Positions 23,941 to 37,700 of a stretch of DNA of 64,000 nt are shown here, one piece after another. Each line of letters begins with the position of its first letter. Within the stretch, counting starts at the first letter, position 1. The stretch is from Ophelia neglecta. Lineage: Eukaryota. The stretch is taken from assembly GCA_965285935.1 (NCBI GenBank), contig OZ260663.1:93124001-93188000 (forward strand). Direction: 5' to 3'. Both the position numbers and the translations under genes were made by a program. The notes below the pieces were generated by a model that did no database searches, was not told where the DNA came from, and saw nothing but the letters and a program-made list of their open reading frames with translations.

Positions 23941-26900
23941 GTTCTTTCTCTCTCAATTTGGCTATAAGAGAGGCTCTAAACTCTGTAATGTGGTTATGTT
24001 GATATAAACTCGTTCACTCAAACGCAGTACCAAGTGCAAGAATTTGACCATGTAATGCATACAGCAAAGTAAACCCTCGCTCCGAGGCACAGATTATATG
24101 TATCAGATCAATTATATATAACGCTATGTCGTTCTGTTCAGTTTCTCAACACTGATCTATCCGTGTCGTAATATATTCGTCTAACATCAACACCACCACA
24201 CACGCCCCCCCCCCCGCCCACCCCTCGCCCACCCCTCTCCTGACCAACCCTTTTTTTCTTGATACTATATTCCCCGCCAAGGCCTTAGACATTTTTTTAC
24301 GTATAAGTATTCAGCGCTAAGAGTATCTAGGACTTAAGTATAATGAGTGCCCTCTCGTAAATTGACACGATCCAAACGCAAAAATATTTTATTTGAAAGA
24401 AGGCAATAGCAAGGGCAATGAATAAATGAAATAAAATACTTGTCCTTCCTGGATGTCAAGTTACAATGATATATCTGCTCATAGCATAATAATTGTCTCC
24501 GCAAAATCAACTCCTGTTTGCACAAAGTTGGGCTCATTGGTCAAGAAAATCATACAGCGAAAGAACGCGGATAGACACCCAACAGGCAGGTCAAAATGCA
24601 CTTAAATGCATTTATAATCAGTCAAATCTAACCCATACCACAATATAGTTCCCATGTTCAGTGAACAATTTAATGGTTAGTAAAATACACATACTGGACT
24701 TACTTCCCTCATAGTAAGAACATTTTTATTTCGGTTATTTTCGTATAAAAAGATACCCAACTCAGACGGAAATTGCCAGGCTTCGGGTGTGCATGTTATA
24801 CGCTGAAGATCCCTAGCCAATATTACTCACATGCCCATTTTAACGGCATCAGCATTTTCACTTAATAATACGGCTTTCGTCTATCTACGTGCCTTTTGCC
24901 CAGCATGCTAGATTTATTGATCGGTTACAGCAGGCGATGGGCTCGTAGCTGAATTACACATGGACGATGAATCATGCTGCCCTACTTGTGGTCGATGTAG
25001 GCTGGCACGTCTGATGTACTAGATATCTGACAGTGTACAGGCGGGTGTTTTTGTTGGTTCGCCTACGCTCTCCGGTGTTTTAAACATTTGATCCAGGGCG
25101 TGAAAGAAATAGTCTAGTTACAGTATGTTCATGCTTCTCGTATATAAACATGTTTAGGGCTCTACAACCGATAAACTGAATAAAGTTTGCACAGTTATTT
25201 CCGCTCACAAATTATGGGAAAATACAATAATGCAAATGTAAATGTAACGGGTAGTATACAGTGCACAACGATAGTACACATTCTTAGACTAGTACAATAC
25301 TATTCCTCCAACCGATATGCACATTTGTTGTACGCAACCACTATACGGAGTAACAATACGTTCACATATGAACATAATAGGGGCAGACCAGTCTGTCTCT
25401 GGGGACTGGAAAACTGTTTACATAATTATACCAAACATCATGGCAGATGCGGATTTAGCAGCGTAGTCAGCGACGAGTCGGGGCCCCTTACTCTGCAATA
25501 CACCAACCCTTCACCGTTTTGTTTAATGTTCTTATTCCACCCAAGCTTAACACAGTTAAGAATAATATATTAATATTAATAAAGATGTCTTTGTAGTTCC
25601 GCATGGCAGTGGATACCCAGTTGATTAAACCTCCCCGAGATATCTTACAGCCTAGGATCCGACCCAGTAGACGACTATTGTGACACAAATACAAGCTCAA
25701 AACGGGTCAATATGCAACTGTACGGCTTTTTTATTCCACACTTCATGCCTTTTCATACTAGTATTGGCGGACAATATGGTGGCTGAAAATCGATGGACCC
25801 TTCCCACGGTATAACTCTCTATGCTTTGTGGACGGCGAGTAATTACCTTCCCAGACATGGCATTCATACCATGTGTACAGTCAGATACACCGCTTTCTCT
25901 GCTAGCGAGCGAGCATTTAGAGTCTAGTCTAGGCCAGCTTCATTGATAGACCGGGCGGTCTGTGTATCATACAATGGCTCGTCTCATTCTGATTAAACAT
26001 GAACCGATGCTACGTGATAGGGTCAACGCTGGTCATATTGACCATGTTTTTCCCTGGCTTGGCAGATCTCTTCACAAGTATATGGGTCAAAGGCCAATAC
26101 GTATACCTGTTTATAAAGAGTATCCCAATACCCGGGGCTTTAGATATATCAATTTCGTAGGCGATTACTTTTCAGTTACCTGCTTACAAGCATTGCTTGA
26201 ATCAGCTTCGAGTACTGTCGTATGGTATTCTCCAGGTCTATTCGTTAGAGGTTTAGCGCATGTGAAATGTGCTTTCACTATGTACAGATGTTATGTCCTT
26301 AAAACATTTGAAGTCGCATATATATTCCATGGGGACATAATAAACCAACGGAAAAACTTGCACTTTCGCCAAATGTTTTGGCTGGTTGTATTGTGCAGCT
26401 AGATATTCAGAAACCATTGGCCTCTTATAAATTGTCCCCATAGTGTGCTTCCCGCTATATCGACACCTTGCGCAGTATTTGCTTGGAGTTTTTCCCTCAC
26501 CGATGTAGCAGTGTAAGTAGACCCGACACTTAGCCCTTATCAAATAAGGTAATAGACAGTCACTCGCCTGAAATCATTTCGAGATTTTATTGCCCTCCAC
26601 TGGCATGCTTCTCATGCAGTGTGCTAATGCGGCGTCCCAATTAAGTTATAGGTATGTTTGTCTATGCAGGCAAAGTGGATCCTGAAATACTCTCTTTAGA
26701 GATAAAGCGCTGGTTAACTATCATTTTTTGCCATTTTCAAAATAACGCACTCGGACATCGCTAGGATTATTCCCTAGAGAGGCTAGACGCAACACTATAC
26801 AATGCTTCATGCCACACATAGGATTATGAAAACTAGCCTTAGTATTAAAGTGGCTATAACGTATGAATTGAAAAATGAGTCCAAGTTAATGACATTTTCA

Positions 26901-27585
26901 TGTAGACAATAGTATTAGATCTCTGACAAAAATACAAGAAGGTTCCTTGGTTGGTTCACCTCACACTTACATTTTTAACAGTTGATAGGTAATAAATAAG
27001 AACTAGTCTTGTATTAGACGTGCATCGCCTCCTTCATATATACATGTTTAACGCTACAATCCTGGTGAATTAAATGATATGTATTTGGCATATTCACAGT
27101 CACAAAACACTTAAAAATAATACAATACGGATAGTAATTTCAAAACACTTCGGCGCATTCAAGTAAATTATATTAGGAGTTAACTGTAAATTTGTGATAT
27201 ACGCAAGTGTCATTTATGAGACTTTTTTGTATCGCTGCGGAAAAAAATTAATATTGCTGTTAGACCCGTATCCTTGCGATACTGGGGTAACCTGCGTATG
27301 GTATGCGAGACATCGTTAAAACAGCGTAATTTGTTTGATTAACTATCTATTTTGTACAATGTGCTGATTTACTATATATTAAGTGACATCTTTTCTTAAT
27401 GATACAATGTCCTTGAGACGATTTTCACAGAAATTTCCATATGCATTTGTCATGTGTGTGTTTTTAAAACTTTTCATATTGTGTCGTACCTAAAACATTG
27501 CGTTAATTCATTAAACAAAGTGTTTTATTTTTGCCACAAAAAGATTCAATCATGCGTCCTACAATTCATAAGCATGTCGTTGCAG

Positions 27586-28084
27586 GAGACCAGAAGCCGG
27601 GCAAGAATCAACTCCTGGATATAGCTATAAAGAAACTGTCCCCATGCTGACAGAAAGGCAGAGGGCGCAGCAAACTCTTATGGATAGGGGTAATACTACT
27701 ACCGCTCAGAGACACGCCGCTGTCACCACGGGCGCCATGACACATCACGGGCAATTTCCGCCACTACCACTACCACCCACGGCATCACTCTCAGAAGCCG
27801 GACACTGTACCATCCACGGGACATTAAGCCGAGACAGCTATCCGCGTACTAACACCCAGGAAACACAACCTTTCATCGATCACAGTTCATCAAATGAGTG
27901 CCCAAATTCATTACGACGCATGCGCAGTAACAGGAAAGCCAAGGACCATTTCTACCACGAATTAGATCCGGAACATATCAAAGATCACGCTAGGCAGCCT
28001 CTGGATCATAAAGAATTAGACATCGAGAGATCAATTCTTGAACATGTGACCCCACTTCCTGATGTAATCTCGACATCCTCATAA
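27586..28084 (+). CDS. Isolated intact A-type terminal exon (cytoplasmic tail): alternative last exon of A2 or pseudo-exon
   Basis: Same acceptor as A2 exon 8 (gcatgtcgttgcag|gag), same length (499 nt) and phase 2, open frame with FPPLPLPP, HFYHELDP, PLPDV. No exons 2-7 recognisable between 23940 and 27585. Confidence 0.6.
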
Positions 28085-28894
28085 GGACGCACCAAAAAAG
28101 ATGATGTTTAAACATGGACACATTGTCAGTTAATACTAGTGATTTCATTAAACTGTTATCTAGGATATGCGAGTCGAATATTGTGGTAATAGTGTGATGT
28201 ATACATATACGAATAGTTCAACTGATATAAAGTGCGGATACTCTTCATTTACTCTCAGCGAAAAAAAGAATATTGCTAGGACCTTGAACGCATTTGAAAT
28301 ATTACAAAATAATTCAATATTTATATAGCGGATAACCATACCAAGTATATAATCATGTGTTCAATTGGAAATGTATTCACGGAAAGACCTTGGTCACAAC
28401 CCAATTCAGGTGAATGAATGTGTGGCTTATTGTGAACGTAAATTGATAAGTGCTGTTTGTGGGAAATATACCCTTTTGATGGTATCATATTTCATATACT
28501 TTTCTCGTTGCTTAATTGGAGACATTTTATGTTATTGCATTATCGCTCTGTAAACCACATTACATTGGTGAGCTGCTATCATTGATATTATAGTTCTGAT
28601 TCCTTACGGATATGCACGATAGTGCTAATCCCACATTTTTAACTGTATGCAGTTTCTATACAACAATATTCAACCCTTGTCCTATTCGAAACATTCGGTT
28701 TCATTTAGCTGATCAGTTTATATATTCTAAACATTGCATGCTATGAACATGACATTAAAGACACATTTTCCTAAACTGCGGACACATAGTAGCAAGGTAA
28801 ATAATTCTTTATAACCACCAAACGCCTATACGACATCACAGTTTGTTCAATGGAGCGTGCGAATACCCTTTCATCAACTTCGTTTCACTGCCTC

Positions 28895-29390
28895 AAGATT
28901 AATGGTGTGGGAGGAAGTTAAAGCAGCTTGCAAGTCACTTGAACACTTTATGGTTGTTGCGTTAATCTATTAAGGTAGGATAACAATATCTCAGATAACA
29001 GCCTGAAATCAGTTATCAGAAAGCCCACAACCCCCAGAAATGACTTCAATAGTGACTGCTCTTTGGGACCAACTTTCCACCTGTTCACCTTCATCCATAT
29101 CTTCGATATTTTAATGCGTTCGCGGTTGATGATCAAAAGCAGAATGTATGGGGCATATAACAAAAAAAAATTATCAATCTGTTCAACCACCTTGAAATTG
29201 CGCGTCAGCAGTCGTGTTATAACAAAAAGGCACAACCGTTTCCACTTGGACAAGAGCGACGAGCAGGGTGTGTGATGCGCATTGCGCCGTTGCTGTACTT
29301 ACCACCCATTGCATTGCATAACGCAACCAACCATAAACTGTTCAAGTGTCTTGCAAGCTGCTTTAACTTCATCCCACACCAGTAAGTCTT
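28895..29390. repeat. ~70-bp inverted duplication (arms 28895-28964 and 29319-29390)
   Basis: ggtgtgggaggaagttaaagcagcttgcaagtcacttgaac versus the reverse complement of gttcaagtgtcttgcaagctgctttaacttcatcccacacc, with few mismatches. Confidence 0.88.
29261..29318 (+). promoter_or_regulatory. Truncated upstream element (5' half only)
   Basis: Core at 29302-29312, then abruptly replaced by an inverted duplication; no exon 1 follows. Confidence 0.68.
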
Positions 29391-32194
29391 CTAGTATGAT
29401 TTCTTTTTCTGACTTCCTCTTCTAGAACAAACTTATTAACCATTAGGGTTCCGGCGATTAGTGGTTGTTGAAATGAAGCTAACAGTTCCTAAAGATAAAA
29501 AAAATAACTTAATGAAACATTCTTGATTAATGATTTGATATTGTCTGTCGGGTATCCTCTCAGATGTCGCGTTTCTTTGGACTCGTCTACCAAAGAGCCT
29601 ATTTCATGACACAACTCTTAGTGAAATAAGTGCAGACGATTGCTTAATTTTTGAAACCCACATGCACAATGGTTAGTCTCGACACTAAAGATAACGTTAG
29701 AAGATAGCTTAATAATAGGAGGAATTTTTTCATGAAACTGTTCTCCTATTTAACGCATAGTGATGCTATGATAATTATACACATTGATAGATATCGTGAC
29801 AAGAGTAAATGTTTTCTCAGCATGTGGTCCTACTCGCCATAGGTTCAATGAGGTGAGGCGTCGCTTGGCACTGCACTGCGCATCTAAGTATAAGGGCTGA
29901 CGACCCTTCCTCGCATTTCACTTTTTTTCACACAATTTTTTAAAAATAATATACGGATTCCCCATTTATCATACAGGCGCAAGCCAAACTGGAAGCACAT
30001 TCTGATTTGAATATTCAATTTGAATACTGTTTACTTCTACTACCTTATAGCTGTGAATATTAGCCATCCATCTGTGGTGATTGCGCTCCTTTATTTCAAA
30101 GGAGGCATCCTATGAAATATTACGTTATCATTTACTGGTATCCTTTGAAAAGGCTCCCAAAGGTAGAGTTTTAGGACTTTATGGTTGAGCACATGGTCCA
30201 TTATTTTGAAAATGCGGGCGTTAATCTAGCCAACCAGTAATGGTCTAGGACGCCATGCAACCTTATTAGGACCTCAATGGTATATACCTCAAGGGATAAT
30301 ACCGCGACACAATCCAAACACCAAAGGAGGTCCGCCAAGCTAGACTTCAGCGTTTTACTTTTGTAACGTTACAATATTATATCTGCGTTCAGAGCATCAG
30401 CACTGGCTCCACATAATGAACAGATTGGCACATTAACAGAAAGTTGGGCTCGATGAAATGATACATGTGTAAAGAAAGAACACGGCGGAATACACCGCCG
30501 CCAGATAAAAATATGGCCTAACTGTAAATGCATTTATAATCAGCCAAAACTAACATATACCGTTGTAAGGTTCTAAATTAAGTGAAAATGTGTAATAGTT
30601 TGTTTTACTGCTTGTAAATTATATGTACCAAAATTACTCGCAGAACCCTAACTTCGTTCATAGTACGATACATCTTCATTTAGGTTCTCCTTGATTGACA
30701 AAATTGAGTAGCTGGTGACGAAAAAATAAAATGCAACGCGGAAGGAAATGGCTACGCTGCCAGGGTGCATTTTATGGGATGAAGAGCCCTAGGCAAAATA
30801 GCTCACAAATGCCTATTTTATCGACAGCAGACTTTACATAACACGGCTTTCGTCCATCTACGTGCCTTTTGCCCAGCATGCTAGATTTATTGATCGGTTA
30901 CAGCAGACTATGGGCTCGTAGCTGCATTAATCAAAGACGATGAGTCATGCTGCCCTACTTGTGGTCCATGTAGGCTGGCACGTCAGATGTTTTATCATAG
31001 TACTGGATATCTGACAGTATAGAGGTCATGTTGGTTCGCCAACTCACTCCGGTGTTTTAGACATTTGATCGATGGCATGAAAGAAAAAGGCTCGCTATGT
31101 GCATGCTTGTCACCATGTAAACAGGTTTAAAGGTCTACAGCATTCCACAGTTATTTTCGCTCACAATTTGCGGGCAATTGATAATATGCTTATAGGAAGC
31201 GTTGTTTAAATAATAATACCAAATGACAGAGCAGATTATCTTAAATGATTAATACTAATAATAGGTTAATATTATTAAAGGTGCTTATGTTTTTTTGAAT
31301 GTACACCCAGTTGATTAAACCTCCCCGAGATACCTTACAGCTCTCATTGATCCGACTTGGTTGAAAACCAGTGTGACACAAACACAACAACAAAGCCGAT
31401 CAATATGCAGGTGCAGCGTTTTTATTCCACAGCTCAAGGTCATTGATTTTTCTATTAGCAGACAACATTGTAATCGATTGTCCAATCCCGGGCTGTTAGG
31501 CCACATCCACTGTGGGCGACGCGTTATAACCTTCCAGGCCTTGGCATCTATACAATGTGTTTAGTCTGATAAGCCTATGTGTCTACCGTTCAGCGAGACT
31601 ATTCTAGGCCAGCATTAATAATACCGCCTGGAGTTGTGTATTATATAATGGCTCGTCTTGTCAGCACATGAGCCAATGTTACGTAATAGGCTATTCGGGT
31701 CAACGCGACTGGGTATTTTGACGAGGTTCTTCACTGGTTTGGTAGATCTCATATCATCAGTATATGAGTCAAATTGAGAAAAGCCTTACAACTAGTGATA
31801 AACGATCTCGCCAGCTATATCAATCTCATTGGAGACTACTTTTAATTTGAACCAGTCCATAGGCATTGCTTGATCGGATTCATATTATCCTAACCTCCTG
31901 CCCCTACCCCCCTCCCTCCCCCCCCCCCCCCCCGCCGCCCGCCACTAGATGACGCAAGGAGTGCGGAGGGCTAGGAGGCTTCTCAATTTATTAAAAAAAT
32001 GACTAAGGGAGCTATTTTCCACGTCGCTCCATGTCTTGGGGCATTGGGTACAGCATCCGATGATGAGGTATGCAAACATTGGGAAATCACCAATATCCAC
32101 ATGTTCCCTTAATCCAACACCTACTTGGCTTTTCGAAAAGGCAATGTGAGCTGAATTGACGAAACTGCAATTTTTTTAAAAAACATCTAATTGC

Positions 32195-32280
32195 TCTTCT
32201 GCTGGACAGAATGGAAACCAGGGTGGGTGTCAAGGGGAATGCGCTGAGATGGTTTCGATCCTATCAGCAGACTGACGACA
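32195..32280 (+). mobile_element. Short CR1/L2-type RT relic
   Basis: Translates LLLDRMETRVGVKGNALRWFRSY, typical of the G(I/V).G..L.WF.SYL RT segment. Confidence 0.6.
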
Positions 32281-32867
32281 TCATTTAATCGGTCAGAAAT
32301 CATCAGAAACCGTCTGCCACAGTCCCACATATATCAATCCCAAGTATCCCAAAGTTCCCAAACAGCAACAAATGAAATGTAAATAACCAAAATAAATAAA
32401 AGAATATTTCACTTGCAAAAATAGCAGTTTTCCCTGATACGAGACAGATAATAAAACACAGAATTTTAGTTAAGGAAAATTGATCAAGACGGAGAATTAA
32501 GAAATAAGATACGGAGTACGGAGTAAACGACAATGTTTACTTCTAATATCACTAGTATGACGGTAGGTGCGAGTTTAAACAATTCTTATGGCATCGGTAT
32601 CCACACAATTCAACCTAGACGAACGCAAGGCAATAATATATAATGTATGAACTCATTAATGCGGAAAGGAGCGCTCTATAGATACAAATATTGATAATAT
32701 ATAATAATAATATGCAGTTGCTATTGACTTCTGATGATTTTGGGCCGATTTAATGGGTTATTCTTCATCAATGATTTGACTTTGTCTGTCGGGTATTCAC
32801 TCCCGCCTTCCCAATGTTGTCGACAAATATCTCTCAACATGCTGCACTTTTTTTTCGGTGTTTCCAG

Positions 32868-34362
32868 TAAAGCATGAAATCTGCTTTTTGAACAAAATCA
32901 ACGCCACATGCGCACCAAACGAAGTAATACAGAAGGAACATGCGCTTTATGGAAGAACGTTGGTAGGAAGTTGCATAACAGACTAAGAAGGTTAAAAGAT
33001 AGGATGTAAGAGAGACTCGTTTAGATATGTGTAATCGGTTTGCTCCGGGAGGCAGTTGTGCCAGCTAAGACTGCCCGATGAGCAGTTGGCAACCGAAAAT
33101 GAGAGCCATGCCCGAATATGATGTCATACCTCCAACTACAGTACATATGTTTACAAGGTAAATGAAAGGGTAATAACTAGTAGTCGCTACTTAATTTACC
33201 GTCACATGCGGTTCCACGCGATGCCGGCATGTACTTTATCACATTTAGAGCTGCATTTCACCTGTTTTTGTTTCTATTTGTATTAATTTTAGTTGTATTC
33301 TTCTTTTGTCGCCCTGCACCAGCAACCCCTGCTAATCTCGCGAAAACAAGGATTGCTGGCAAACTTCATTACTGGACGGGCATGGTTCTCCGGATTGTCC
33401 CTGGACAGAAAATCCGACTTATATTACATGATTACGGGGTGTGGACACCTCCCAAATCCGTGGGAAGTGGTCGGGTAGCTGGTACTCGAACGTCGTAGAG
33501 GTCGGGCACATGTCACATATACGCCAAGATTTCTGACGGTAGCTTTGATTATAATGCATCTTAAATCGCGGAAGTAAACGTGTTAAGTGGTCAGTAATAA
33601 ATTTGTAGTATCGAGTGTCGTAGGCCACGAGACATGTCACGATTTTGACTTACAGTAGGGTGAGACTGGAGCGATCCAAGGTAGTCGTCGACCATAGCTG
33701 GATAAGATATGTTTCTATGTACTAAAACTCTACTGACATGCAAGACAATATACAAATAAAGACTATACACTGGTTTGTATAGCTTACCTATCTGTGTGAA
33801 TTAAAACCCAAGAAATACTACCACAGGTTCTTACCGTTGTTCTTAATTCAACCAGTATCATCAAAAACAGAGTAACCAGTAAACTAATTTAATCTACATC
33901 ATGTGTTTTCATTAACCCCCCGAACACATTAGCCGTTATATCGCCATTTTGTGGCGGTGAGACAAGAGTAGAAGAAAATAAAATACATCGTGCAGATCGC
34001 CTAAACCAAGCCAAAAAACTCACAAAGTTCTGTGCTGTGTCCTAATTTCAGAATGCACCTCCGCCTAGCCTTCGCTCTTCCGATTCTAATGAAAAGCAAT
34101 TGGAAGGTAGGCATGGATTGGAGCAGCTGAGGAAAATACTCAATTTACAAAGTTGCTACTAATTTAGCGCATGAAAAGTAACTATTTACCCGCGAATCTA
34201 TGTTTCTACAAGTGATAGGGTGCCCGAAGTACAACCCGCCAGAAGGCGCTGTTGTCAAGAAACTTGATAAAGATGTTCTTGTTAGATGTGCCAGTACCGG
34301 AATAGAATGGCGTTTAAACCACTGGGTTTCAGAAGGGGAAGCCATCAAATGTGCCGAGTCAG
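32868..34362 (+). pseudogene. psiB: decayed B-type exons 2-5
   Basis: SUEL exon 32868-33157 has several in-frame TAA stops and a frameshift. Degenerate CUB exons at ~33293-33538 and ~33930-34030. Sushi-like exon 34213-34362 has an internal deletion. No TM or tail exons before the A3 upstream element. Confidence 0.85.
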
Positions 34363-34550
34363 GTATATGTACTTGGTTTAAATGTCATTGTACCAATGTC
34401 AAATAAAGAAAACAATGCTGTTAATTAATTCCAGCACACATACACAAAGGCACACACACAGAAAAAAAAATAGCTTTGTAGAATTATTTTGAAATACGCT
34501 TTGCATATTCTGTACCCTTTGCATCATTCTCCAATAGAATTGCAATTGGT

Positions 34551-34652
34551 GCGCCGCGAGCAGAGCGAGTGATCCGCACTGCGCCGGCGCTGCAGTTTCC
34601 ACCCATTGCGCTGCGCCGCGGTAAATGGAGTTCAGAAATTGACACTGCCAGC
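34551..34652 (+). promoter_or_regulatory. Conserved upstream element, A3 copy
   Basis: Core at 34599-34609. Confidence 0.8.
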
Positions 34653-34770
34653 TTATGTGTGGATACTACGAGGAATACAGACATAATGAGCTGCAAATTA
34701 TAAAATCAGGACTACAACATTACAATTACCACAAGATAGCATAGTTTTCGGATAAATACATAGACTTATC

Positions 34771-37700
34771 ATGGATATACTGCTTAACGATATTCTACGC
34801 TTTGTGATCATGGCGATATGGCTAACAACCGTAAGCTTGAGTAAGTACTGTAAATACATTATCCTCTGACAAGGGACGCCATCTTGCGCATCGTCCTGCC
34901 ATATTGCTCTGTGGGATTTTAGATACCAATGATGTTTGGCTCCCTATTACTGCTCTGTTTCAAGTAATGCTGATATTCATAACCGCTACTGTGAGTTCTT
35001 TTGAAGTTACATTAGTATGTAAAATGCTTTCCTTGAGAGCTTTATATGATATGTAAACGCCATTGGGTTTAAATGTGTATATGTACACATAATACTCCTA
35101 AGCCGGTTTCAACAAAAGATAACATATATGAGCGCCTTCTTTTATTGTATGTCAAAGTGACATAAATACCAGATATTGCATACAGAGTTACATCCGTCAC
35201 ATGAATATCATGCTACCTTCTTTGGGCTAGTTAACACATAGTAAAATGTGATATTACGAACAGTAGACCCCTGCCGAATTTTTGCCTTACGTTCCTAAAG
35301 GCTATTGATATTTAACAACTGGGGCAAAGTAAATAGTACGATGTAGAACAATATAATGGGAATTGACTGGGCTAGGGTGCCCATCTTTAAGTGTGGGGTA
35401 CTTTATACTAGGAGTATTTACATTATTTCATTTTGATTCGCAGTGAGCTCGTTCAACATAATGCACCCTAACCTACTGTACCTGTTAACCCAAGCGGTAT
35501 AAACATAACATTTTCAAGCGTATACCCTGATAAATAAATATTTCGTCGTTTGTGCATTTCGTCTAGTACAAATTTGGATTGGCCATTATAAACCAGTGGG
35601 CATTTTTTATCATTAAGGTATTTTCTCATATATTCACTCAAAATAAGTCAATCAATATTAATTTGGTAGCATCCTGGTCTCACATTATAATTATGATGAT
35701 AGAAGAGTGCGAAAATACAAATGATCACATAAATGGAAATACAAATGAATCAATTAGTAATTTACAATATGCAAAGGAAAATGTGCTATACATAAAACCT
35801 CAAATGAATTGAATAAACACAGATACAAAAACAAAACTAAATGAAAAATAAACCCAAGGTGAAATTCAACGACACCACTGGATTCCTTGTATATATTTCC
35901 TATTAGTGTTCAATACATATTATGCGCGTTAACACCGTTAAGCTTCCAAAAGATTCCATGTTAATGCATTTCTAAATTATTGCCCTCGGCGGCCATCTTG
36001 TTTTTCCGATCTTGCCCAAAACCTTTTCAGCACAACCCGACTACATAATGCCTCCGGCCCCCTTCGGGCGGAGGCATACCATTATTTTCAGCCAGAAATT
36101 ATATAATGAAGCGTGGTGCAATTTTGCAGATTTAAAAACCTCATAAATAGAAATAAAATTAAAATAAGGCACATTACAAATTATAACTTTGATACAACCA
36201 AATCCATTCTGTCTTGTTTTCTTTATCAGTGAAAACGTGTCATGATAACCGCGATGGAAAAAAGTGCAATTAGACTAGGTTACGTTCCAATAAGGTCGTG
36301 GATCAAATGCAGGATCAAACCAATGAGATATTTGAGTTTTTATTTAGAAACATATTATTGCAACTATCCTGGAAAATTGGGTGAAATAGATAGAAAAAAT
36401 ATTCTACAGTAGCTACAGGTACGTGTTTATGTTCCAATATGAGCAAAGCCTTGTACCATATGTGTATGAAATTTTAATTTATTTGTTTGCTACGCGAAGC
36501 TTTTTTTGTCCTGATTCATTGTGTTCAATTATCAGTTAATTTCAAAACATATTTGTGTGTTATGAAAGTGTTTCCTATAATATTTTCATATATTTCTTCG
36601 GTTTTTAGAAGAACAAGACGTGTGTTTTTGGACAACATACGAGCTTACCTGTGACGAAACCGAGGTTATACAAATGGAACATGCGCTCTACGGACGGATG
36701 TCGGTAGGGAGCTGTATACCGGAGAACGTAGGTTTCCTGATGGGTTGTCAGGAAGACGTATTGCAGCACTTGGACTCGGTATGCTCTGGTAGACAGTCGT
36801 GTAAGCTACAACTGCCAGAGGATGGAATAGCTACCGCACATCAACCTTGTCCACGAGGGTTGGAGGCCTACCTACAGTTGGAATATAACTGCATAACTGG
36901 TAAGGAAAACAAACATACTTTAATTTCATGGAATTTCGTGATAACAATTGGTACTATAACTATAGGCCGCCAGTTTGAGCAATACTTTCACTGAAGCAAT
37001 CATTTAACTTCCAGTACACACCTTGCCAACAGCGTGTGGCGGTAACCCTCTAACAGCCAAGGGAACCACTGGATTACTGGCCAATTTTGTAACGGAAAAG
37101 ACTGGTCAGGGATCTCAGGAATGTCCGTGGGAGATCCGAGGATCCCCTGGCCAAAAAGTGCGCCTCACCTTATATGACTACGGTGTATGGAATCCTTCCA
37201 CACCTGAGGGGGTAGGTGGCTCTGACGTTCTAGCAGAGAGAACGGATATATGTCGCATATACGCAAGGGTTTCAGAAGGTAATTCACGATAGAATAGATA
37301 TATTTGGTTCAGTGGCATGTCTTAAATCCGTTTTATATTTCTAATTAATAAGGTCACAGTCATGTGTTGATTAGAATCGATGTTGACATAGGGCATGTTT
37401 TCATATGTCCCATGTTGAAACCGGGCAATCATTGTTTAAACATAAAAATTTGAACACATATAATGTATAAAAGAGTTATTACTATAGACCTGTTTAATCA
37501 GCATACCCCATTGGGAATTCCATCACCATTTGTGGGGGTGAAGAAAGGGAGAAAGTAGTATACATGTCAGAGACAGAAAGCGTGTACATCGCCTTAACCA
37601 ACCCAAAACACAGTCAACAAGCGGCTTATTTTCTGCTTCGATACGAAAGTAAGTAATCCTATGCAAACAGATACATTTCACTCTTATATTGCTCTAAATA

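Noticed and set aside
25962-26543. 146-aa and 96-aa ORFs in psi-B intron
   Set aside because: No recognisable domain; the paralogous region at 31.6-31.9 kb does not keep the frame.
30935-31022. Cys-rich frame KDDESCCPTCGPC in the B intron block as a hidden exon
   Set aside because: Frame and cysteines are not kept in the B1 and B2 copies; no convincing splice sites.
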